Positions 38,283-50,470 of a stretch of DNA of 64,000 bases are shown here, one piece after another. The translations under genes and the position numbers were made by a program. The stretch spans positions 141,880 through 205,879 of the forward strand of contig CAVUUH010000036.1 in the NCBI GenBank assembly GCA_963744545.1, given 5' to 3'. This DNA is from an uncultured delta proteobacterium (lineage in GTDB: Bacteria > Desulfobacterota > Binatia > Binatales > Binataceae). Every line of letters starts with the position of its first letter. Within the stretch, counting starts at the first letter, position 1. Under the pieces are notes generated by a model, which saw nothing but the letters and a program-made list of their open reading frames with translations, was not told the origin of the DNA and did no database searches.

Positions 38283-39273
38283 CTACGCCACGTCGCGCTG
38301 CAGTTTCGGGTCGTAATTGGCGTCGTACCAGTAGTCCTGCCACTGGGCGTAGGTAATCGGCGCCCAGCGCGGCGGGTCGCCGGGACCGGTGCAGGTCGGC
38401 AGGCACTCGATCATCTGGTCGAAGCGGGGCCCGAAGAAGAACGGGATCGCGTAGCGGTCGCGCCCGACCGGCGGCACGGCGCGGTGCGGCGTCGATATGA
38501 GGCGGCCGTTGGTCCAGCGATGCAGCATGTCGCCCGAATTGACCGCGAACGAACCCGGGATAAAGGGCACGTCGGCCCAGTCCCCCGATGGCAGGCGTAC
38601 CTGCAGTCCCGGCACCTCGGTCTGCGCCAGAAAGGTCATGAAGTTGCTGTCGGTGTGCGGGGCGATGCCGAATTGGTTGGGCTCGGCGGTGACCGGCGGG
38701 TAATGCGACAGGCGCAACGTGAACTGGCTGTCGGTGAAGGCCTCGTCGAACCAGTCGGGCGGCGAGGTCGAGCGCTGCCGCGACGACCGGCAGAAAGCGC
38801 CGGGCAAACCGTCCATCGCCTCGGCATAGTCGAGCACATAGGCGCGGAAGCCGGGCAGATCGCCCTCCGCCGGCCACAAATTGGGGCCGACAAAGCGGCG
38901 CCCCGACAGGCAGCAGCGGGTCGTCGGGCGGCCGCTCGCGCTTGATGAAAAAGGCCTCGTTGAGGTCGCCCTTGTCGTTGTCGTTGATCTGCGAGGTGCG
39001 CACCGCGTAGCGGCCCATCACCATGTAGCCGTTGTTGTGCTCGTTGAGCTTCAGGGCGAGCTTCTTGTCCATCGGCAACAGGTGAAAGCGCCTCGCCTCG
39101 GCGAAGGTGCGCGCGATCAGCGGCTGCGGCACATCGTGCCCGGTCAGCACGAAGAATCCGACCGTGGTCAGCGCCTCATGCACCGCCCGCGCGGTCGCCG
39201 CCAGAGCGCCCGCCCGGCCGCGCAGCCAGTCGCCGGCATCGATGACGGGAATGGTTGTGGTCATGCTCGACAC
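38283..39273 (-). pseudogene. 2OG-Fe(II) oxygenase (isopenicillin-N-synthase-like) with an apparent frameshift near 38880
   Basis: N-half MSSMTTTIPVIDAGDWLRGRAGALAATARAVHEALTTVGFFVLTGHDVP… is in one frame. C-half …LRLSHYPPV…HTDSNFMTFLAQ…VNSGDMLHRWTNGRLISTPHRAV… is in another. Confidence 0.65.
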
Positions 39274-40128
39274 CTAGCGCGCGATCTGGTGAATCAGCTC
39301 CGCCCAGCGGTCGAGTCGCGGCAGTATTTCGTCGCGCGCCGCCGAGGGCAGCATCACCACGACGCGCGCGATCCCCAGATCGCGGTAACGCGCGAGGCGG
39401 TCGGGTTCCGGAGTGACGCCGAACAGGGTGATCGGCACCGATGCCGGATCGCGGCCGGCTTCCGCCAGCATCTGCCGGAATTTGGGAAGGTATTCGTCGA
39501 TGTCGCCGTAGGGGGCGCGGCCGGTGAACGGCCCCCAGCCGTCGCCGTAGCGGACAGCGCGGCGCGCGGCATGCGGGAAGGCGCCGCCGACGAGGATCGG
39601 CGGGTGCGGCGTCTGCACCGGCTTCGGCCACGCCTTCATCGCCGGGAAATCGACCATTTCGCCGTGATATTCGGCCGTCTCCTTGGTCCAGATTTCCTTC
39701 ATCGCCTCGATGCGTTCGCGCATCAGTTTGAAGCGGCTTTTGAACTCGGTGCCGTGATCGGCCATCTCCTCGGCGTTCCAGCCGCCGCCGACGCCGAACA
39801 GGAAGCGCCCTCCCGAGACCTGGTCGAGCGAGGCCACCAGCTTCGCCGTCTGGATCGGGTCGCGCTGCTGCACCAGGCAGACGCCGGTCGCCAGCCGCAA
39901 TTTCTCGGTCGCGACCGCGGCCGCGGTCAGGCTGACGAATGGGTCCATCGCCTCGTAATAGACCTTCGGCAATTCGCCGCCGCCCGGCCACGGCGAGGCG
40001 CGCGACACCGGGATGTGCGAGTGCTCGGGCGCCCAGACCGACTCGAACCCGCGCGCCTCCAACGCGCGGGCGAGGTCGACCGCCGAGATCGCATAATCGG
40101 TGAAGAACATCAAAGCGCCGAAATCCAT
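39274..40128 (-). CDS. LLM-class (luciferase-like) flavin/F420-dependent oxidoreductase
   Basis: MDFGALMFFTDY…VWAPEHSHIP…RFLFGVGGGWN…. Confidence 0.7.
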   Translation of the reverse strand: MDFGALMFFTDYAISAVDLARALEARGFESVWAPEHSHIPVSRASPWPGGGELPKVYYEAMDPFVSLTAAAVATEKLRLATGVCLVQQRDPIQTAKLVASLDQVSGGRFLFGVGGGWNAEEMADHGTEFKSRFKLMRERIEAMKEIWTKETAEYHGEMVDFPAMKAWPKPVQTPHPPILVGGAFPHAARRAVRYGDGWGPFTGRAPYGDIDEYLPKFRQMLAEAGRDPASVPITLFGVTPEPDRLARYRDLGIARVVVMLPSAARDEILPRLDRWAELIHQIAR

Positions 40129-40633
40129 CCGAACCTCCCGCGTCCGCAACTTCCGGCGGCAGTTTATCGGGTTCGGCGGCGGCGTGGCATCGCTATCTGC
40201 CAAAGGAGCGGTGCGAGGCCGCGTTGCTTCCGGTTTGCGCGGTCGGGTCGGCGCCTTGCGATAGCGCGCATGTCGGATCGCGGCAGAGGACGCCGTTTCC
40301 CGGTTCGGGATCGCCGGCGGGCGGATCGTCGGGCTCCTCCCACGGCTGCATCACCGCCTCGACCGCGTGGTCGCGCGGACCATCGGCGCGAAAAGCGAGG
40401 AGGAACAGCCCGAGCGCCAGCGCGAGCAACAGGACAATCCACGAGGCCAACACCTCGCGGATGGCCGTGCTCGCGAAAAGCGGCCCGGGCTCTCGATCTC
40501 CGGCCATTGGATATACGGCTCCGAAGCGTCCGACGCGGACGGCGGGATACCGTGCATATATGCTGGTTGGGCGGCAGCCGATTGTGAGGTACTTCACGGT
40601 CGGACCCGATCGACATGGAGCGAGGAGGCGGCG

Positions 40634-41445
40634 ATGGGGCAGGTGGACGGCAAGGTCGCGATCGTGACCGGCGGCGCCTCGGGCATCGGCGCGGCCTGCG
40701 CCGCGACCTTGGCGCGCGAGGGCGCCAAGGTGGTGGTGACCGACCTCGACGAGGCGCGCGGCCGGGCCGTGGTCGAGGCGATCGGCGGGGCCGGCGGGAG
40801 GCCCTCTACCTGCAGCAGGACGTGACCCACGAGGAGGGCTGGCCGGGGGTGATCGAAGCGGCCGAGCGGCAGTTCGGGCGTCTCGACGTGATGGTCGCGA
40901 ATGCCGGCATCGGCATCCTGTGCCCGGCCATCGAGATGTCGCTGGCCGACTGGCGGCGGCAGATCGCGGTCAACCTCGACGGCGTGTTCCTGTCGGTCAA
41001 ATACGCGGTGCCGGCCTTGAGCCGCGCCGGCGGCGGCTCGATCGTGATCATGTCGTCGGTCGCCGGGTTGCGCGGGTCGGCCGGCCTCGCCGGCTATTGC
41101 GCGACCAAGGGCGGCGTGCGCCTGTTCGCCAAGGCGGTCGCGATGGAGCACGCGGCCGACCAGATCCGGGTCAACACCGTCCATCCCGGCGTCATCGACA
41201 CGCCGATCTGGACCAAGCTGCCGGCCTCGGCCGGGCACAACGCGCCGATCGATCCGGTCGAGATCGCGCGCGCCGGGGTGCCGCTGGTCCGCGTCGGACA
41301 GGCGCAGGACATCGCCAACGGCGTCCTGTTCCTCGCCTCCGACGCCTCGAATTACATGACCGGCTCGGAACTGGTCATCGACGGCGGCATGACCGGCGGC
41401 GCGCGCTCGCGCTGGGCCGAAACCGGGCGCGCCCGACGAGGCTGA
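40634..41445 (+). pseudogene. SDR-family oxidoreductase with an apparent frameshift near 40800
   Basis: MGQVDGKVAIVTGGASGIGAA… in one frame and …NAGIG…SSVAGL…YCATKGGVRLFAK… in the next. Confidence 0.7.
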
Positions 41446-41746
41446 GGATCACTCACAGAGCCCCCTCCCCGGCCTTCTCCCCGCGTGCGGGAAGAGGGAG
41501 GTCAGTGCTATCATCATCCGGTCAGGGAGAGCGCACGATGCAGCAGGGCCGCGGAGGGTTGGGGAGCCGCAAGCACGGGGTCTCCGGGCATGCCTCGCAG
41601 AGCCCGCGCCTGCGGCTGGCGAAGAAGCTGGCCGCCGAGCGCGGCGAGTATGACAGCGGCAAGCCGCGCCGCCCGCGGCGGCTCGCCTTCGCGACCGTGC
41701 GCGAGGCCTTGCGCGGCGAGGCAAAACCCCGAGGAGGAGGATTTCG

Positions 41747-42430
41747 ATGACGGAGCCGATCTGGAACCAGTTTCTGACCGAGCGCGACAAGGCGGTGTTC
41801 GCCGCCGGCGGGTTCGGCGCCCGCGCCGGCTTCGGCAAGCGGCCGGCGTTGCTCGTCATCGACGTCAACTGGGCGTTCTGCGGCGAGCGGCCGGAGCCGA
41901 TCCTCGAAGTCGATCAAGCGCTGGCACACCTCGTGCGGCGAGGAGGCCTGGACCGCGCTCGAATACATCAAGTGGCTGATCGACCGGGCGCATGCGAAGG
42001 GGCTGCCGGTCATCTACACCACCGGCGAGCGGCGCGCCGACAATTGGGACGGCGGCAGCTGGCGGTGGAAGAGCACGCGCGGCGACGAGGCGGCGAGCAC
42101 CTTCAACCCCGGCATCGACGGCAACGAGATCGTCGCGATGATCGCGCCGGGCCCGCAAGGACATCGTGATCAAGAAGCAGAAGCCCTCGGGCTTCTTCGG
42201 GACCACCCTCGCCTCGTTCCTGACCCTCCTGGGCTGCGACAGCGTCATCGTCGTCGGCACCACCACCTCGGGCTGCGTGCGCGCCACCGCGGTCGACGCG
42301 TTCAGCCACAACTACCGCGTGGTCCTGGCCGAAGAGGGCTGCTTCGACCGCAGCCAGGCGAGCCATGCGCTCAGCCTCTGCGACATGCACGCCAAATACG
42401 CCGACGTCGCTGCCGACGGCCGAGGTGCTC
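41747..42430 (+). pseudogene. isochorismatase-family cysteine hydrolase with at least 3 frameshifts
   Basis: …GKRPALLVIDVNWAF…; …GLPVIYTTG…; …KQKPSGFFGTTLASFLTLLGCDSVIVVGTTTSGCVRATAVDAF… lie in three frames. Confidence 0.6.
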
Positions 42431-42699
42431 GCCTATTTCGACGGGCTGCAGCCCGGACCTCTTCGAGCTGCCGGCGGGGGCGGCGGATCCGCTCAGGCGC
42501 GCCGCCGAATAGCCGGGCGAGGCAGCGCTAAACCGAGGGGCCGAACTCTGAACGGTGATGGCGATCGCCCTGCCGTTGACGGCGCAAGCCTGCTCGAGAT
42601 GAGCGGCGAGATCCTCGAACGTGGTGCCCGCGGGCAGCGCGAACGACAGCGCGCCCGCCTTGAACAACGCCGTAACGCGGCTCGCGGACGGGGCTTTGG

Positions 42700-44833
42700 G
42701 GTTCTCGCGCATCTTTACGCACCATAATGGTTGAAGCACTTCGGAAACGAATCACCGTTTGCGAAGGTTCCCCACCGTGGAAGCGCTCGAACGTTCTCAG
42801 GCCGGGCCGACCTCGACCGGGGTGTCGTTGAAGCAGGCGCCGGTGGCGAGGTCGGCCTTCAGGTCGGCGTCGACCAGGGCCGAGATCGTCTGCCCGGTGC
42901 GGCTGGTCGACAGCCACGCCCCCTTCTCGCTGGCGACGACGCCCGGGCGGCACCGCGTCGGTGACCTGCAGCCGCAGCACGACCTCGCCGCGGTCGTTCC
43001 ACAGCCGCACCTCGGCGCCGGCTTCGAGGCGGCGCTGCGCCGCGTCCTGCGGGTGCATCAGCAGCGGCGGCGCCCGGCGCGAGCCGGCGAGGTGGCCGAG
43101 GGTCGAGGAGATGCGCTTGTCGGAAGCCGGCGAGATCAGCTTCAAGGGATAGGGGGCCGGGCTGTCGCGCCAGGTCGGCAGCAGCGCCGCCTCGCCCCAG
43201 CGCTCGGCCAACACCTCCGATTTCAGCTCGACCTTGCCCGACGGCGTCGACGGGAAGACGTTGTCGAACAGGACCAGCGGCTTGCCGTCCGGCGCCGTCA
43301 TCGGCACGGCCTTGCGGGTCGGGATCTGGCTCGGCCTGAGGCCGCCGAGCCGCGGGTCGGCGCCGTCGACGGCGTCGTCCATCAGCTCGGCGTCGGTCGC
43401 CCGGAAGCACGGCTCGGTGAAGCCGAACCGCGCCGCGAGGCGGCGGAAAATCTCGGTGTTCGGCAACGACTTGCCGACCGGCGGGATGACCGGCTCGGCC
43501 CGCTGCAGCCAGTGATGGCCGTAGGACGGATAGAGCTCGTCGTACTCGAAATGGCTGGCCGCCGGCAGCACGACATCGCAATAAGCCATGCTCTCGGTCA
43601 TCGTCAGCTCGATGCCGACGGCGAACAAATCCTCGCGCGCGAGGCCGCGGCGCATGCGGTTCTGGTCGGGGTGCACGACGATCGGGTTGTGGTTGTAGAT
43701 GAACAGGGCGCGCAATGGCGGGTCGACATCGTCCTCGGCGAGATGCCGGCCGATGTCGTTGATGGTCAGGGTGCGGGTGCCGGCCGGCAGCAGATCCGGC
43801 CGCTGCAGCTTGTCGGGGGTCTTCGGAAAGGCGTTGCCGGCGGCCAGCGCGATGCCGTTGCCCTGGCCGAGCTTGCCGAGCAGCGCCGGCAAGGCGATCG
43901 CGGCGCGGATGCCGCTGCCGCCGTTGCGGCCGCGCTCGAGCCCGTTGCCGGGCGCCAGCACCAGCGGGTCGGCCTCGGCCAGCCAGCGCGCCAGGGTCAG
44001 GATCTGCTCCGGCGGCAGCCCGCAGGCCGCGGCCGCCCGCGCCGCCGGCCATTCCGGGCCCGCGCCATGAACTCGTCGAAACCCAGCACATGGGCGGCGA
44101 TGAAGGCGTCGTCGAGCGCGCCCGGCGCTCGAGCTCGGCGGCAAGCGACCAGGCGAGCAGGACGTCGGTGCCGGGCCGCAATTGCAGGTGCAGATCGGCC
44201 TGCTCGGCGATCTTGGTGCGCAGCGGGTCGATCACGACGAGCCGGCCGCCGGCGCGCTTCGCCTTGCGGATGCTGCGCACCAGATGCAGATTCGCGACCG
44301 TCGCGTTGTTGCCCCAGACGACGTTGAGCTTGGCCTGCTCGGCGAATTCGGGCGGGCAGCCGGGCGCCGCGCCGTAGGTCCCGGCCCAGGCCTCGCTGCG
44401 CACCCCGCCGCACAGGGCGCGCCGGTAGAGCTGGGTGGCGCCGAGCCGGTGGAAGAAGCGCAGCGACATGCTGTCGTAGGCGAGAAGGCCGTGCGGGCCG
44501 GCGTAGTTGAGCGGCATCACCGCCTGCGGCCCCCAGCGGCCGATGACTTCCCCGACCCGCTCGTGGACCACGTCCAGCGCGGCATCCCAGGCGATGCGCT
44601 CGAACTGCCCCGAGCCCTTCGGCCCGGTGCGGCGCAGCGGATGCAACAGGCGCTGCGGTCCGTGCACGAAGGCGGCATGTCGCGCGCCACCTTGCTGCAG
44701 ATGACGCCGGCGGTGTACGGCACCGCGCGCGAGCCGCGCACCTTGACGATCTGGCCGTCATCGACCTAACGCTCAGGCTGCAGGCGTCGGGGCAATCGAA
44801 GGTGCAGACGCTCGGCCGTTCTTCCAGGGCCAT
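42700..44833 (-). pseudogene. molybdopterin-dependent oxidoreductase with an N-terminal 4Fe-4S domain and multiple frameshifts
   Basis: The N-terminus is MALEERPSVCTFDCPDACSLSV. Later segments (…VMPLNYAGPHG…VVWGNNATVANLHL…; …IYNHNPIVVHPDQNRM…TMTESMAYCDVVLPAASHFEYD…LISPASDKRISSTLG…) fall in different frames. Confidence 0.65.
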
Positions 44834-44845
44834 GGGATCCTCCTC

Positions 44846-45277
44846 GCGGCATTCTAGCCGATAAGCCCGGCCGGATGGTACCCATGCCGGAAACCCCTCG
44901 CTTCGGGGCGGAGGAGCGAGCCATTGTCAGCGTCGTTCACGACTCGCCGTCGGCAAGGCCTCGGCCAGCCGCGTCGCTTGGTTGCGCAACCCGTAGGCCA
45001 GCCGGCCGGATCGCCGGAATACCCTTTCTCGAACGGCCGCCCGCGCGGCTTCCCCCGCTTTTGCTGATTCTGCAGCGAATTATCAGCTACCAAGCCCCTC
45101 TCTATTGCGCAAAAATGAACGACTGCGCACCCTTCGGCCTCAATGCCTACCTCCCGCATCAGCAGACGGTGCCGATGCGCGAACTGAACCTTCGATGCGG
45201 CGCCATTATGATAATATACAATTGTTATTAAATCAAGAGGGATCGAGGTCAATTGGTCATCCGCTTCGGTGCAGAGC
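44846..45277. repeat. ~430-bp repeat, copy A; it contains an anomalously AT-rich core (gattatgataatatacaattgttattaaatcaagaggga)
   Basis: About 85% identical to 51838..52268 in direct orientation. It lies between the cfa stop and the Mo-oxidoreductase start. Confidence 0.75.
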
Positions 45278-45382
45278 ACGCGTCACGGTTGGCGGCGGCG
45301 AAGCGCATTCAAATGGCGCTCGATTCAATCAAGCCGGACATCGCGCACAGCTGCGTCAACATCGCCACGATGTGTGCTAAGG

Positions 45383-46681
45383 CTATTTACCCTGCGCGTC
45401 AGCTCCGCAAGGTTCTTCCCGGTTGCCCAGGAAGCTGTTGTTTGCCGAGCTTGGTGGTGCGCTCGATACGCCCGCCCTCGCCTGTACTGGGATCATATCG
45501 CGCACGATCGGCACGGCGTCGTTTCTGGTCGACAAGAGCAGTTGGAAGACCATGTTCGAGCCATTCAGAAAGCCGACTTCGACCGCAGCGAGATAGTATT
45601 CCCACATGCGGCAGAAGCGCTCGTCGGCGAGAGCGGCGACCCGCTCACGGTTGGCGGCGAAGCGCATCCGCCAGTGTCGCAGCGTATGGTAGTAGTGCAA
45701 CCGCAGTACCTCCATATCCGCTACCCATAGCGCAGTACGCTCGGTTGCTGCGAACACCTCGGAGAGCGAGGGGACGTAGGCGCCGGGGAAGATGTATTTG
45801 CGGATGAATGGTCCTGTCGTGCCAGGAGGCAGCATGCGCCCGATGCAATGGACGAAGGCATAACCGTCGTCCTTGAGGAGCGTGCGGATGGTGCCGAAAT
45901 ATTCGTCGAAGTGCCCGATCCCGACATGCTCCATCATGCCGACCGAGACCACGCGATCGAAGCGTCCGGTCAATGCCCGGTAATCCATCTCACGGAATTC
46001 GACGCGGTCCCCCACGCCCGCCTGCTGGGCCCGTTCGCGGGCGACGCGGATCTGTTCTGGCGACACGTTCACCGCCGTGACCCGGGCGCCGGTCGTCGTA
46101 GCGATGTGGATGGCGAACGACCCCCAGCCAGATCCGATCTCAGCCACCGTCATCTCCGGCTGCAGACGCAGCTTCAGCGTTGCACGGCGCAGCTTGTTGG
46201 ATTGCGCCTGTTCCAGGGTGTCGTGCTCGGGGTCTTCGAAAAACGCGCAGGAATAGTTTAGGCCGTCATCGAGAAAGAGACGGTAGATGGCTGTCGAGAT
46301 GTCGTAGTGATGCCGCGCGTTGGCGGCGGCAACTCCTACCGGATTGGCCTGATGCCACCGCTTCGCCGCGCGCCACCAACGACGCAGCAATTTCTGCGTG
46401 CCGTACGCGGCCAGACCGCCACGGTTGAGCGAGAACAGATATATCAGATCGCCGATGCCCGATCCGTCCTCGAAGGTGAGCGTCCCGTTCATGTAGGCCT
46501 CGCCGGCGTGGAGCTCGGGGTTGAGGGCCATCTTGGTATGGAGCGCTCGATCATGAAGTCGAAGCGCCACGAAAGGCCCCGGGCTTTTGCCGTCAAAGAC
46601 GTGTACTCGACCGCCGGCATCGACCAGCCGCAGCGCGCCGACTCGGATGAACTTGGTCAGCAGACTCGAGAGCAGTCGCAT
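45383..46681 (-). CDS. cfa: cyclopropane-fatty-acyl-phospholipid synthase family SAM-dependent methyltransferase
   Basis: Intact 432-aa ORF with the CFA-synthase SAM motif (…VAEIGSGWGSFAIH…) and conserved C-terminal half. Confidence 0.8.
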   Translation of the reverse strand: MRLLSSLLTKFIRVGALRLVDAGGRVHVFDGKSPGPFVALRLHDRALHTKMALNPELHAGEAYMNGTLTFEDGSGIGDLIYLFSLNRGGLAAYGTQKLLRRWWRAAKRWHQANPVGVAAANARHHYDISTAIYRLFLDDGLNYSCAFFEDPEHDTLEQAQSNKLRRATLKLRLQPEMTVAEIGSGWGSFAIHIATTTGARVTAVNVSPEQIRVARERAQQAGVGDRVEFREMDYRALTGRFDRVVSVGMMEHVGIGHFDEYFGTIRTLLKDDGYAFVHCIGRMLPPGTTGPFIRKYIFPGAYVPSLSEVFAATERTALWVADMEVLRLHYYHTLRHWRMRFAANRERVAALADERFCRMWEYYLAAVEVGFLNGSNMVFQLLLSTRNDAVPIVRDMIPVQARAGVSSAPPSSANNSFLGNREEPCGADAQGK

Positions 46682-47779
46682 CGGGTCAAGCGCCGTCGTG
46701 CCATTGGGTCATCGACATCAGATCGTCAGTGACGGGCGACACCGGCACTGGTAGAGCCAACCCAGACCTCTTGAAGGGGCGCCTTATTCCAACATGGGAC
46801 CCCTCCGCTTTCGCCGTGGCAGGTCGGTTGCGCGCACTCCTACCTGTCGACTGCCCGCCACGGAATAAAAGAGCGGAGGTGACGGTCTGGGTGAGCGTGG
46901 AGGTGGTGAACTTTCAGACCACCGAACTCATTCGGCTCGGCTGACCGCATGACGGCGGCCGGATGATCGGCTCGACGGTTCCCCACGCAACTCGGAGACC
47001 GAGATGAAGACGTTATCACCCAAGCCCCGTTAAGGTTCCCTTCCCCGCCGGACAGCTTCAATTGCGTGCAAACGGTAGGCTGAAAACGCGCGTGTCTATC
47101 GTGCAAGGAACGCATAAGATTTACGGGCAAGACGAGGCAGGCCGAGTGACTTGGGTCGAGCACGAGCGGCTCCCTTGGGGATTAGCAGTCCTCGCTGTCA
47201 CTGGTCTGTCGCTGGTCGGCTGGTGGGTGATCCTGATGCCGTTCGCGCGGTGATGCGGCGCCGGCGTCGTTAGTGCCTGATCGGCCCGTCGGTCAGGTTG
47301 GAGCGCCCCCCTCACCCAGCTTCGGGTAAGGCTCGGCTGCACCCAATCCGATGCAACATGATCGGAAACCATTCTAAACCCTAGGGGCGGCCAGTTCGGC
47401 ACTCTCTCGGCTCTACCGACCAGAAGGTGCGGATCGGCGGGCCCCCCGAGGACGAGAGCCGCCCTTGGGGTAAATCTTTCTGATCGGTTTATCTAAGTAT
47501 GGCGTCACCAACACGGCTGCCGAAAGGCTGGCGGACGCGCGCACTGGCCTCACCGGAACGGAAAATCGCCCTCGAAAGCCCGGGGAATCTCGGGAATGTC
47601 GGTTCAGGAATATCCGGGTCGATCCAACGGTCTGCATAGGAGCTAGAAGCGTCTGTCCTGCATCGATGCGTTTTTGGCTGACCGCCTGGGTGTCGCCTTG
47701 GGGACTCGGTTGGTCCTGCTGCTGCACCGTCTGCCACCCAACCACCCAACCAGTGACCCCGCCGCGCAGGTCATCGTCA

Positions 47780-49344
47780 ATGCTCTTCAACGATCCGTTC
47801 TTCCTATTTTGCTTCCTGCCTGCAGTCGGGTGCATTTACGCGGTGGTTGGTCGCCTTGGTGGTGCGCGGACGGTCCTTAGTTTCTTGGTATTTACCTCGG
47901 CCGTGTTCTATGGATGGTGGAATCCGATCTATCTTCCGCTCCTCGGTGGGCTTGCCGTGTTCAATTATGGGCTCGCCCGCAGGATCATGACAGAACGCGA
48001 GCGTCAGCGCGCCCCTTGGGTGCGCTCTCTCCTGACGATCGGCATTGCAGGCGACTTGTCGGTGCTGGCGTATTTCAAATACACGGATTTCTTCATCGAT
48101 ACGGCTAACTCGGTGATCGCCGAGCCGATCCCACTTCAGCACATCGTATTGCCGCTCGGCATTTCGTTCTTCACCTTTCAGAAGATCGCCTACCTGGTGG
48201 ACGCCAGCCGAGGCGAGGTCGAAGATCATGACTTCCTCGAATACTGCTTCTTCGTGATGTTCTTCCCGCAGCTGATTGCTGGCCCGATCGTGCATCACCG
48301 CGAGATCTTCTCGCAAATTCATCGGCCCCACGCTTTTTGCCGGCACCTGGGCCATCTTTCGATCGGCCTGACCATCCTGATGATCGGCTTGTTCAAGAAG
48401 GTGGTTATCGCGGACCGCCTGGCGCCGGTCGTGTCCGAAGTCTTCAGCGCGGCTGCAGTCGGCGAGCCGCTGGACGTCTCTTCGCCTGGCGGGGCGCGGT
48501 CGCGTACTCACTCCAGCTCTATTTCGATTTTTCCGGCTACTCCGACATGGCGATCGGAGCGGCGCGTCTGTTCGGAATTCGCCTGCCCGCTCAATTTCAA
48601 CTCGCCTTATCAGTCGACGAGCATCATCGAGTTCTGGCGGCGCTGGCACATGACCCTGTCGCGCTTCCTGCGCGACTACCTCTACATTCCGCTCGGTGGC
48701 AATCGTCAAGGGAAGCGACGCGCCGCTACGTCAACCTGATGCTCACCATGACGATCGGCGGGCTGTGGCACGGCGCGGCATGGACCTTCGTGTTGTGGGG
48801 GTTCCTGCACGGCATCTACCTCGTCACCAATCACATCTGGCGCCTGGTATGGGTCCCGATTGACCGGTGGTGGTCGCGCGCGGTCGCGCGTCTCGTGACC
48901 CTGGTTGCGGTCGTCATCGCGTTCGTGGTCTTCCGCGCACCCGACCTCCCGACGGCCATGCGCATGTATTACGGGATGGTCGGGCTGCCGCAAAGCATTG
49001 CGTTCGAACCGTCTTTCACGTCGATGCAGCGACTTGCGGCCAATCTCGGCAGCGTCGCTGATCCGAGCGAGTTTGCCCGAACGGTCCTTTGGGCGGTCCT
49101 CGGATTGGCGGTGCTTTGGCTGACGCCCAACACGCAACAACTAATGGCGCTATTTGGGCCGGCTTTCGGCTATGGCCGTCCGAACTTGGAGCGTCAGCCG
49201 CCGGTTCTTGCGAGAATCGGGGCGCTTCAGCCTCTGCTCTGCTGGCGGCCGACGGTGGTTGGGGCGGCGATCATCGGCATTTTGGCAGGGCTCGCCTGTC
49301 TAACCCTCCAGCGCGTCAGCGAATTTATTTATTTCAGTTTTTGA
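47780..49344 (+). pseudogene. MBOAT-family membrane O-acyltransferase (AlgI/DltB-like) with at least 2 frameshifts
   Basis: MLFNDPFFLFCFLP…FKYTDFF…LPLGISFFTFQKIAYLVD…; then other frames carry …YSLQLYFDFSGYSDMAIG…, …FNSPYQSTSIIEFWRRWHMTLSRFLRDYLYIPLGG…, …LTMTIGGLWHGAAW…. Confidence 0.7.
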
Positions 49345-50332
49345 ATGATGGGCCGCCCGCATCAGTTGCTTCGGCGATACCTTGTGATGCTCTTCGCCGT
49401 AATCATCGCAATCGTCGGGGCCTGTCTCGCAATCAACGTGCTGGTCGATCCATTGTGGTATTTCGGTGGCAACGTGGTCACCGGCACCAACTACGCATTC
49501 AACGAGCGCCTCGCGAAGGTGAACCGGTTGCTGCCTCGGTTGAGGCAATACGATTGCCTCATTCTCGGTAGTTCGACCGCCGCGCTTCTCCCCGAAAAGC
49601 GGATCCCGGGGCAGCGCTGCTTCAACCTGCGGATTCTCGGCCGGCGTCGTGTCCGAACTCCTTCTATATGCGAAGTACCTCCGTGCCCGCGGTTTTGGCC
49701 CCGAGCTGTTGATCGTCGGCGTGGATGAGTTCGATTTCGAGGGTCCGACGACCACCCCCAATGTTCCCGAGTTCATCATCGCCGGGAAGGAGCCGCCGCC
49801 CTTCTGGCGCACCTATGTGTCGCTCGATGTTCTCGATTTCTCCTATCGGACTCTGCGAGGCGACTATCCCAATCATCGAATGTTCGGCCGAGATCTGCAG
49901 TCCCACATCATCCCGCGGCGGCGCCCCTACAAGCCGCCAGCACAGCTCGCGGCCGAGGCCAAGCCGACCGAATTCCACCCGGAGCGCGCCGATATGTACA
50001 TCGATCTACGAAGGCTGTTCCCAGAGGCGCGCGCGCTTGGGTTCGTCGCCCCGACCGCAGCCTGGACCATTGCTCAGCTCAGGTTGGACGGGCAGCTCGC
50101 CGCCTATCTCGACGCCCTTCACCGGGTGTCGACGGCATTCGACGAGTTCCTCGACTTCGGCGTCCCGTCCGATATCACGGTCGACACGACGAACACCTTT
50201 GACGGCTTGCATTATATCGATGCGGTGAACGCACACACTCTCGCGGCCCTGCTTTCTGGACAGCCGGCGCCTGGCGTCGATTGGATCGGCAACCGTTTAG
50301 GGAGATTTCAACCGTCTACCAAGACCGAATAG
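49345..50332 (+). pseudogene. MBOAT-partner protein (AlgJ/DltD-like, SGNH/DHHW-type) with an N-terminal TM anchor and a frameshift near 49640
   Basis: Start overlaps the MBOAT stop. TM anchor LVMLFAVIIAIVGACLAINVLV, then …YDCLILGSSTAALLP… (a GDS-like block), with continuation in another frame. Confidence 0.45.
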
Positions 50333-50470
50333 ACCGGCTCGTCTTGGGTCCGAAGCTGCCGTTCAATTGAAGCGCTTTATCTCCCGCCGCAACGTGGCTT
50401 GAACGAGGGAAATGACACCCGGTTGACCGTATTGCTCAGCGAAGACGAAGAGCGGGCTGTACACTTCTGT

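Noticed and set aside
44846-45277. Possibility that the 430-bp repeat encodes a tmRNA or another classical structured RNA
   Set aside because: I looked for a tag-peptide reading frame ending in AA-stop and for RNase P or SRP consensus blocks. None is present. The small ORFs inside the repeat are not conserved in frame between the two copies.
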